Assembly (NCBI GenBank): GCA_951406725.2
Contig: OX597823.1
Span: forward strand, 63,240,001 to 63,304,000
Direction: 5' to 3'
Length of the DNA: 64,000 nucleotides
From: Octopus vulgaris
Lineage: Eukaryota
Below the pieces are notes generated by a model. That model did not search any database, was not told the origin of the DNA, and worked only from the letters and a program-made list of their open reading frames with translations. Numbering within the stretch: the first letter of the stretch is position 1; every line of letters begins with the position of its first letter. The position numbers and the translations under genes are program-made. Below are positions 54,283-64,000 of the stretch, one piece after another.

Positions 54283-55167
54283 ATAGGCTTTCTGTTTTCT
54301 ACCAAATCCATTCACAAAGTTTTGGCCGGCACTTTTCCAAGGTGCCACGCAGTGGGAACGAACCCAAAACCATGTGGTCTTGTGAATGGGAAGTAAGCTG
54401 CTTACCATACAGCCATGCTTCCGCTTATATATACATATATATTTATTTTTAAGTGCTTATTCACTTGTGTACCCTTTTATAAAGCTACGGTTGGTACACC
54501 CGATTTCATTAGCTGAATACGCTTAGCAGATCATAAAATTTAAGCATTGATTATAAATTACACTGGGACATTGTAAAATTCGCAACACAATTTACGGGAG
54601 AACTGAGGGCTTTTTGAGAAAGTTGCTAGAAGGCAATAGACAATTGTCTTTCTTATACATCAACTCTGAATAAATTGTAACGCGCAAATATTTAATTGCA
54701 ATCACAATATTCATGACAGGATTCGAGATAACATTTAAACTTGCATTTCCGATACCAAGCTAGGGTCTATTTGTGCTGTTACCAATTAAATACGATTTTA
54801 TATCTTACAAAATCTTTTCTGTTCTTTAAATGTTAAAAATCACTGAAATTTTATATTATAGCGAAATACTCATAAAACTTATATTAGATTTCCTTATTAG
54901 ATGTGTGTGTGTGCACATACGTTTAATTTTAAAAATATACTTATATATATCTGCTCCTATATATACACATGTACGTGTGTATATATTTCAGTCTATATAT
55001 GTGTATATATTTGTATATGTGTGTGTGTGTGCGTGTGTACATATTTGGAACTATGTATGTGTATATCTCTATATGCATGTATGTGTGTATATATTTGAAG
55101 CTATATATATGTAAATATCTATACGCGTATATGTATTGTGTGCGTTTATCTATGAGTGTGTGTGCGT

Positions 55168-55206
<39 letters not shown>

Positions 55207-55830
55207 TATCTACTTTCATGTCTGTGTGTTTACTGATATGTGTACTGGTTTGTATAGACATATATCAGGATGCTAGAATTATATAGGTTATCTTTGCATG
55301 CATGCACACACACACACAAACACACACGCACACAAACACACACAAACACACACGCACACACACACATGCACACACATACACACACGTAGAAATACATATA
55401 CACTTGCATGCATCTATGTATGTATATGTATCTCTCTCTCTCTATATATATATGCTTTTCTACATCTTTATAGTGTGCGAACGCGTGCGCGCACGCGTGA
55501 GTGGTGCGTGCGTGTGTGTGTGTGTGTCTGAGTATATCTCGGCGTATACAGGCGCTTGCGTAGTAAGTGTCCTGGCGATGATGCAAGGTGGATGTTGGTT
55601 GTAGTGTATTCAGCCATTCATAACTGATTTACGATTCTTTCAATATTTCTCCATTTCGCGAATTCTGATACTAAGAAAGATCTTATCAGCTAATTTCTAA
55701 GGTCTACATGATTAAGAACAGAATCTAATAGGTCGTAAATCTAAGAGCACACATCTGTCTATTTCTGTCAGCTTGTCTGCTCGTCTTCTATGTACATTGC
55801 ATCATGCTTGCAGACGGCCTTTATATAGTC

Positions 55831-55921
<91 letters not shown>

Positions 55922-55922
55922 A

Positions 55923-55982
<60 letters not shown>

Positions 55983-56102
55983 GCCTGCCTGTCTGTCTGT
56001 CTATCTATCTTTCTATCCATTTAACTATATCTATCCACCTACCTACTTACCTACCTACCTACCTACCAACCTACCTAACTACCTACCTGCCTACCTACCT
56101 AC

Positions 56103-56200
<98 letters not shown>

Positions 56201-56516
56201 TTCCATCCATTTAACTATATCTATCCACCTACCTACCTACCTACCTACCTACGTACATACCTACCTACATACCTACCTACCTATTTATCTAGCTATATCG
56301 ATCGATCTACATTTCTAGGTTTTTGTATAAATTTGTATGTATGTATGTGTATGCATATATGTATGTATATATATACACACATATACATATATATACATAT
56401 ATACATACACATATACATATATATGTACACATACACATACATACATATATATATACATACATACACACACATACGCACACACACACATATATATATACAT
56501 ACATACATATACATAC

Positions 56517-56570
<54 letters not shown>

Positions 56571-56575
56571 TTATA

Positions 56576-56720
56576 CAGTAATCTCTAGACTATCACGGAT
56601 GTTACGTTCCAAGCCCCATCCCCCGCAATTGGTGAAAATCTGCGAATTAGAAACAGTACTGTACTGTATATATTTTTTTAATCATTTTTATAATTTGCAT
56701 AAATTTATTTTATTATAAAT
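56576..56720 (+). mobile_element. Possible Tigger/pogo-type MITE end
   Basis: TA|CAGTAATCTCTAGACTATCACGG start resembles pogo/Tigger TIRs; the other end is not seen. Confidence 0.35.
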
Positions 56721-56799
56721 GCTCAACAATACCACACACTCGCCTCCCGAGTTTCGTTTACCACTTGCCACGTTTATTTGGCTTGCATCTGTGTAGGGT

Positions 56800-57168
56800 G
56801 TTTGTGACAGACGCTGGATATCCGTTGATTTCAAGTATCTCGAGGGACTGCAATCTGTGTCCCAGTTGGCACTGTCATTGCATCTGTTGTGTATACGGGC
56901 GATCTTATTTTGTATGTAGCCAGTCTAAGCCCTGATGGAGAGGGCTATCTTAAAAATGGGCTAAAAGATTTCGGAAGGCTGCCTGTCGGTAGAAAACCGC
57001 GTGAATTTTTCTCACGTCCGTGATGCTTAAACAAAAGTCAAGCAAGGAGAAAGAACCATTGCCGTTCAGGTGTTCGATAATGAAGTGGATATGCTGGTCC
57101 ACATCAATGAAGGTTTCCAGTATTGAGGAGGCATCCATATGAGATGAAGTGAGTATGAAGATGCCGTC
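56800..57168 (-). pseudogene. Degenerate Penelope-like reverse transcriptase fragment
   Basis: DGIFIL..IHFIIEHLNGNGSFSLLDFCLSI..VFYRQ..LAHF, then after a frameshift IALSIRA*TGYIQNKIARIHNRC. Matches the PLE RT C-terminal pattern (DDIF / F..E...L.FLD / YRK / HF.S). Confidence 0.7.
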
Positions 57169-57171
57169 CTT

Positions 57172-57402
57172 CTTCTCAACATAGTCACTGTTTCTCTCAA
57201 TAGCAATGTTTCACCTTCGAATGAGGGCAAGTATCCCTGCCCCGTAAAATTCTGTTGACTGTTCTTTGAGCCACTTCTTCACTACAGTTTTCACTTCCTC
57301 GTCACTGGAATAATTTAGCGCCCTCAGACTATCATCTCTTCGGCCCCATGAAAGAGGGTTTGAGAGGCAAACATTATTCTAGTGACAAGGAAGTGAAAAC
57401 TA
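57172..57402. mobile_element. Rearranged mariner transposase C-terminal fragment
   Basis: + strand 57316-57401: LAPSDYHLFGPMKEGLRGKHYSSDKEVKT. - strand 57314-57172: YSSDEEVKTVVKKWLKEQSTEFYGAGILALIRR*NIAIERNSDYVEK. Confidence 0.85.
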
Positions 57403-57755
57403 TCTTGTTTTGTTCTTACTGTCCTGTTCTTGATACCCGGAACAATGTGGTTGGGAAGCAAGCTTCTTACTACACAGCCACTGTAGTGCCTTACTTTTTT
57501 TTTTCTTAAAGAACATTAAGTATAATCTGTCTGAGTGGTCAGAGTTGGAATATCTTTGATCATAGTTCTGTCTGGGATGAGGATCGGAAGGCTAAACAAG
57601 AATAGCAACACTAGCAACAGCAACAACAATAACAACAACAACAACATCAACAGCAACAACAAGAAGCAAAATCTGAACAATAAACTTGTTAATGGAATAT
57701 CAAAAGCAGCATGTGGAAGAACCTGATCATAGTAACATCATTATTTTCATTATCA

Positions 57756-57789
<34 letters not shown>

Positions 57790-57885
57790 CATTGTTGTCG
57801 CCGTTGTCGTCATCGTCCTCCCCTCCTACACTTTTTCTTCCTCCTCGGCCTCCTTCTCTTCCTCATTGCCATCGCCGTCGTCATT

Positions 57886-57933
<48 letters not shown>

Positions 57934-58064
57934 GTCGTCATCGTCATCGTCGTCGTCGTCATCGTCGTCGTCATCATCATCGTTGCAGTAGCAGCAGCAG
58001 CAGCAGCAGCACCCCCCCACCACCACCACCACCACCACAACCACGATCCTCATCGTCATCATCG

Positions 58065-58098
<34 letters not shown>

Positions 58099-59143
58099 TA
58101 GCCACAGCAACAACAGTGTCAGTCACAGCGGCTACAGCTGTGGCACCATTAACATTCCCGACAGCTAAACACCATTTGGTATCGAATTGTGCAATGAAAA
58201 AAATAAGGAAAAACATTATGTAATCTATTGAAAAATGTCTAGCATAACTCGACTACACAAGTCAGTTATTGATCTATCGATCTATTGAAGTGTCCACCTT
58301 CGAACAATGACTAAAATTTCTCGATAGCAATTGTCCGTCCGGTAGAAAGGATGTGGGATTAGGGAAAGTGTATAATTTTAAACATGTTATTTTATGAGGC
58401 CCATATATTATGTATATGTGTACACGCGCACGCGTGTGTGTACGTGTGTGTGTGTGTGTGTGTGTGTGACACCACTCAAGACACACCACAGCTATCTTTC
58501 TCCTTTCCTCCTCCTCCTCCTATATACATATATGATCACGTGACCGACCAGGCTATCAGATGTTGTTACACATCGCTGGTCACAATGCGCTTCGCACTGT
58601 TTTAGCCTTCAAATGACGCCACCCCGCTGGCTAAGCGAACAGGCTAATATACATATATACATACATATATACATATATACATACATGTACACGTATGCGC
58701 AAACACATACACACACACGTAAAACGTTGATTTTTCCCTGACCTTTGGTTGCAATGCCTTTCCAGATTACTAAGTTTCTCGAACGAAGAGTGGTTACTTT
58801 GGTTAACAAACTTTTAATTAAACAAATGGTTTATATCTTTTATTATCCTTTACTCGTTTCTGTCACTGAACCGCACTCATGCCGGAGAACCTCCTCGAAA
58901 AAAATATAGAAGTATTATTGTGGCTTGAACACGCGACATTCTGCATGTAAAGCACGATAATTACATTGAATTTACTTAAATAATTAAGTGTAATACAGAT
59001 ACGAGTTTATTAATACTGTAATGTACAAGGTGCAAGTTTGTGCAAGGTATGAAGGAAATTTGTTTAGCGACTGCAGCAATTCGAAATTCCTACTCGGAAA
59101 TTAGGGCGGATTATAAAAGGTTGTGGTACAAGTGTTCAGAAAG

Positions 59144-59209
<66 letters not shown>

Positions 59210-59213
59210 TATA

Positions 59214-59420
59214 TAGTTAATCCAAACAAGAAAGCCCAAAAAAAACACAACAACGTAAGGACCTGGAACAAATACAGTATTATTGGACGCTCAGGAAAGA
59301 AGGAGGGTTTAACGTTTCGAGCGGAGCTCTTCGTCGGAAACATAGGAGAAGGAAAGATCCAGAGAAGGGAAGACAGAGGGAAAAAAAATCCCCAACGGTA
59401 CACACGCGGTCACATTTTGA
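59214..59420 (-). mobile_element. Short Penelope-like repeat, second copy
   Basis: Near-identical to 33525-33704; abuts (TA)n. Confidence 0.6.
59307..59341 (-). ncRNA. Minimal hammerhead variant (core CCGACGA), second copy
   Basis: Identical 35-nt motif to 33607-33641 within the same repeat family. Confidence 0.6.
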
Positions 59421-59539
59421 ATGACCCAGGAATAGGGGGTGGCGTGGAATATATAAGAACGATATTATTCCTAAAAGTAATAACGTCAGTGGCCGCGAGC
59501 TTGAAAGCCGCATCGGCGAATTAATAAATGTATATAAAA

Positions 59540-60054
59540 CTAGCTTAAGGTGACCCGCTCCACGCGCGGATGAGGGTATGGTTGTTACATTCTGTTGCTT
59601 CCTTTCTATTTCTTATCGTCACATTCTCCCACTTTGTTTGTCTCTCCTTTCTCTCTCACTTTACCACTCTCTTACTCTTCCTTTCTCTCGGACTCTCCCT
59701 CGCTTTCTCTTACTCTCTATTTTTCTCTATCTATCTCTCTCCCAATTATAAAAAAATTAGATTTCCGCGCTTAAATTACAAATCCGCTTCCACTTTACCA
59801 TGTTGAAAATTTGATTGAAATCGGGCAAAAGGTGTCCAATCTAGACACCCAAGTGTCCCCCCCCCCCCCAAAATCAATAAAATTACTGTTTTCACACCAA
59901 AGCAATCACAGTAGCGTCCCAAAACGTCTCCCAATCAATTTCTCACCCCAAGTTACCCCCTCCTGTGAATTTTAATCCCCTTCCAGCCCCATGTAGACTC
60001 CGTTTTACATAAAAATCCAATTTGTATCAACGTCCGCCTTCTTCAATTTATAGA
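59540..60054 (-). mobile_element. Non-autonomous Helitron (different family)
   Basis: Minus strand A|TCTATAAATTG start at 60054; 3' hairpin CCGCgcgtggaGCGG, then gtcaccttaag-CTAG|T at 59540. Confidence 0.7.
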
Positions 60055-60301
60055 TTAGACATATATATCCGGCCTTGCTCGGGATTAGAATAGTTTATTA
60101 TTGTTTTACTTGTTCCGGTATTATAACCCGATTTCATTCGGGTCTAAGCGGGCCCCATTTTAAAAGATGAGGAGTTTTGCCCTAGTGGCCATACCTTTCA
60201 ATTGAGCAAACTCAATGTTGCCATGCAAACTAGCTAACACTTTTAACATAGATGTGCATATTTTCAGCTCATTCCGACCACATATGCATATATATAATTG
60301 T

Positions 60302-60455
60302 AGTGGCTGTGTGGTAAGTAGCTTGCTAAACAACCACATGGTTCCGGGTTCAGTCCCACTGCGTGGTATCTTGGGCAAGTGTCTTCTGCTATAGCCCCGG
60401 GCCGACCAATGCCTTGTGAGTGGATTTGGTAGAAAGAAACTGAAAGAAGCCTGTC

Positions 60456-60523
<68 letters not shown>

Positions 60524-60730
60524 GTGTTTGTGTGTTTGTGTTTGTCCCCCTAGCATTGCTTGACAACCGATGCTGGTGTGTTTACGTCCCCGTCACTTAG
60601 CGGTTCGGCAAAAGAGACTGATAGAATAAGTACTGGGCTTACAAAGAATAAGTCCCGGGGTCGATTTGCTTGACTAAAGGTGGTGCTCCAGCATGGCCGC
60701 AGTCAAATGACTGAAACAAGTAAAAGAAAA
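60302..60730 (+). mobile_element. SINE A full copy
   Basis: Homology to family A. Confidence 0.85.
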
Positions 60731-61211
60731 AAAAGAAGAAATATATATACGCATTAAATATGTACATATATTCGCATTATATATACATGTCTACACACAC
60801 ATATATATATGTATACACATTATATATATATTTATATACACACATATATATATATAAATTAACACAATATATCTGATTAATAATATCTGTTATGAATGTG
60901 CGGTGGTGGTGGGCGATAATTCACCGTTCTAAAAGACCTGTGGTGGGAATATTTAAACTTTTGCGGTTGTCAACCCTTTCTCTTTATAGATACAGACAGA
61001 CGTACAGTGAGAGAGATGGTGGAAGAAAGAGTGACAGAGAGACGCGAAGCTGTAAAACGTCGTTATAGAGAGAAATTGGAGGGAAGGGAGGAAACAGAGA
61101 GACGGAGGAAGACAGGCAGTTATGCGAAAGAGAGAAACGACAAACACTTATCAAAGTGTGTGTTATAAAATATTATTATTATCATTTGCAGATTTGTGAA
61201 AATCCACACTG

Positions 61212-61296
<85 letters not shown>

Positions 61297-61411
61297 ATTG
61301 ATAATATACACTTTAACCGTCTTGAATTTTAGCGTTTGCTTATCAACAGTTTTTTTTGTTTTTCATGAACTATTACAAGGCGGGTTATCTTTTTAATCTT
61401 GAGTAGTGGTG

Positions 61412-61463
61412 GAGGCCTCTGACGAGAAACGAGATCAAGTTTCGAAATACGTTATAAGGTTTT
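61412..61463 (+). ncRNA. Type I hammerhead ribozyme, consensus core
   Basis: GAGGCCU-CUGACGA-GAAAC(gagaucaa)GUUUC-GAA-AUA(cgu)UAU-A-AGGUUUU. All three stems pair; predicted cleavage after A61456. Confidence 0.75.
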
Positions 61464-61701
61464 GTCCAACTATTTCATTCTGTGAGTTTATCTCTCAAGG
61501 GAAAAAAATCGTTTTGTTTGCTGTGCCCGAATCCCGTAAATATCATGATGTTAGTGCTTTTAGTGGCTTTCCGAGTTAAATTTTAACTCTCATTTCTAGC
61601 AATCACCAGTGCTATTTTGCACCCTCATTTATTAATTCCTTTTTGGTTTTTGATTGCTAACGAGCCACCTATAAAAAAATGTATTTAATATATATTAATA
61701 T

Positions 61702-62610
61702 TGTTACGGAGATGAAATTAACAGGGGAAAATTATGCCCTAGTTCCGTTGGTTGGAGTTGAACCGTCGGGAAAAATTAAAAAAACAATCTTTTGTCCTGC
61801 CAACGGCAAGTGAAATTAATGAGTTGAGAAAGTTAACTCTGATCCCGACGGTCAGGGAAAGGTTATAAAAAAATAAAAATGCCACCCTTTAAAATGCGAC
61901 GGACTGGTGTTAGAGGGGCAGGCAGCGAAGGGCCGGAAAAGGGTTCAGTTGGGGAGAGGCGGCGAGTCGATGCGGACAGCCAGCCAAGAGATGACGGCGA
62001 GAGACAGACAGGCACGAGAGACGGTCAGTCAGGGAAATGAATAATTGTAGTAGGAGCTGAAATTGTCGCAGACTCGGAACGTGCCGGTAATGTTTTTGAT
62101 GGATTTGTGTTTTTATTTGTGATTTGAATTACGATGTTTGAAAAAGAGACTCTGTGACATAAACTGTAATCTGTTGAAAAGAAAAGGAAAAAAAAAGAAC
62201 TTGTAAATGTTTAAAAAAAAACAAAACAGAAAGACCGATGAAAAGGAAAGAAAGAGGAATCTTTGAGGACGAACTCTCGGTGTAAGAAAAGAAAGAATAG
62301 AATAGAAAAGACTATTTGCTGTGATTCTGTATTGTGTTGCATGTCAAGCATTTGATTTGGTTAATCGAACAGTTGTGTTACGTTTAAATGTATTTGAAAT
62401 GTTTTAATTGATTTTGTGAATTATATAAATTGATGTTAAATTGTACGTTGCCTCCGTTGTCTCTCTCCTTTGTTGTTGTTGTTGTTGTCTTCGGTTTCTG
62501 GCTTGCGTTCGCTGCTCACCCCCGCTTTATGTGGTGGATTTCCGTTTGACTGAGCATAGTCGTCGTCGCCGACTTAGGGTCCTGAGTTGAGTTGAGCGAC
62601 GGTCGTAACA
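61702..62610. mobile_element. Solo LTR (about 909 bp), probably Gypsy-type
   Basis: TGTTACG...CGTAACA inverted termini; 4-bp ATAT duplication at 61698-61701 and 62611-62614; CpG-rich interior with no ORF. Confidence 0.75.
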
Positions 62611-62644
62611 ATATATTAACATACCATTATAATATATTGTATTG

Positions 62645-62735
<91 letters not shown>

Positions 62736-62932
62736 GTATATATATATTTATATGTATATATAATTGTATATATATATATTTATTTATATATACACACTCA
62801 TACGTACATACCTATATACATGCGTACACATATATATACTTACATACGTACGTACATACATACATATATACATACCAACATACATACATACATACATACA
62901 TACATACATACATACATACATACATACATACA

Positions 62933-64000
62933 CTAGCAGCATAGCCCGGCGTTCCCCGGGTATGTAAGAAACTTTGTCGATAAGCAATGCCCTTTACCTT
63001 TTTACCCTTTTTTGTACTCATTGAACCGTTATTTTGTAAAATGAAGCCTAAAAGGCATTAAGGCATTCAAGGCACCGTTCCCTTGCATGCATGAAGAAAA
63101 ACTATGACAGTCAAAGTGCATTTTCTGGTTTTGTTTAGCACACCCAAACCAGATCTGAGGGATCAGTGTCGCGACGGGAACGCATGGGCTGGGAGTTTGA
63201 CAGGCAGAGGTGATAAGGTTGCACATGCCGGCCCTTTTGACCCCCCCTCCCCCGAACCCAAGTTGGGTTCGGACCACAGCTAAGCCCTACCTAATCCTAA
63301 ATTAAGTCTAGCGAAAGGGGGCTCGGGAGCCTCTAGTAGGCAACGACTAATCCCGATCTAGTCCTTTCGCTTTAGGGAACGAAGGCGCATGTGTAGGTTG
63401 CAACGTCTTCTCTTCACTCCAATACTTCTGTGTATACGACGTTCCTAGCCGTCCCTTTGGGCGAAAACATGAACACATCATTGCGCCTCCCAACGCGTGA
63501 ACAGCCCATGTAGAGATGACCGTGGGCGAAGCACTGTTCGCCCAAATGTAACCCAGCGACTTGTAGCGTTTGGCCTTGGGATTTATTGATGGACATTGCA
63601 AAGCAGAGTTTAACAGGAAACTGAGAACGCCTGAAGTGGATTGGTAGGTCAGCGCCCGAAGGTTGAAGGTGCATGCGTGGAATGAAGACGTCCTCTCCCT
63701 TCCCACAACCGGTAAGTATTGTGGCCGTTATTAAATGTGGTGCCAAATGTTTCACAACCAAACGTGTGCCGTTGCACTGTTTAGGTGGAACCAAATTCCT
63801 GATGAGCATAATGGGCGCACCGACTTTTAACTTCAGGATGTGTGGCGGCAGGCCTGGCGGTTCAAGTGAATTCAGGAATTCAACGGGATAATCGGCAAGC
63901 TTGGCGGGGTCTGCTGTCCTATCTATAGATTTGTAGACATGGACATCACCAGGAACAGCTTCAAGTAGCTGGATATTGATGGAGTTGACGGTTGTAATTT
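62933..64000 (-). mobile_element. Helitron, 3' portion, with terminal hairpin and CTAG end
   Basis: Minus strand reads CCCGGggaacgCCGGG-ctatgctg-CTAG|T, ending at 62933 downstream of the helicase ORF. Confidence 0.9.
63414..64000 (-). CDS. C-terminal PIF1-like helicase of a Helitron RepHel protein (continues beyond the window)
   Basis: Frame is open from the window edge: YPVEFLNSLEPPGLPPHILKLKVGAPIMLIRNL..CNGTRL..FIPR..QFPVKLCFAMSINKSQGQT..FAHGHLYMGCSRV. These are hallmark Helitron/PIF1 motifs. Confidence 0.95.
   Translation of the reverse strand, partial: ITTVNSINIQLLEAVPGDVHVYKSIDRTADPAKLADYPVEFLNSLEPPGLPPHILKLKVGAPIMLIRNLVPPKQCNGTRLVVKHLAPHLITATILTGCGKGEDVFIPRMHLQPSGADLPIHFRRSQFPVKLCFAMSINKSQGQTLQVAGLHLGEQCFAHGHLYMGCSRVGRRNDVFMFSPKGTARNVVYTEVLE

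Noticed and set aside
57686-58223. Poly-Ser/His/Asp ORFs
   Set aside because: Trinucleotide repeats without splice or domain support.
63347-63891. Alternative-frame ORFs over the Helitron helicase
   Set aside because: Shadow frames of a GC-richer coding sequence.

Overview
AT-rich, microsatellite-dense eukaryotic DNA. The SINE families and repeat style suggest a coleoid cephalopod, probably Octopus (inference). Only one convincing host coding exon is present: a 1.08-kb + strand exon (22361-23437) encoding a type II membrane glycosyltransferase of the alpha1,2/alpha1,6/O-fucosyltransferase superfamily. The rest is mostly repeats: dozens of tRNA-derived SINE copies (at least four families), RTE-clade LINE relics, mariner and piggyBac-type MITEs, a solo LTR, non-autonomous Helitrons, and the PIF1-helicase 3' end of a Helitron at the right edge. 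The most unusual signal is a set of eight hammerhead-ribozyme motifs in short Penelope-like repeats. Six are ultra-minimal type I forms (GAAA-CG-UH, palindromic stem III), some with variant cores (CUGUWGA, CCGACGA), and one is fully consensus (61412-61463). There are also hints of a minus-strand host gene: a promoter near 38.8-39.2 kb, CpG depletion left of about 33 kb, and two phase-matched candidate first exons. The fucosyltransferase may be nested in it. Most ORF-track entries are microsatellite or SINE artefacts.
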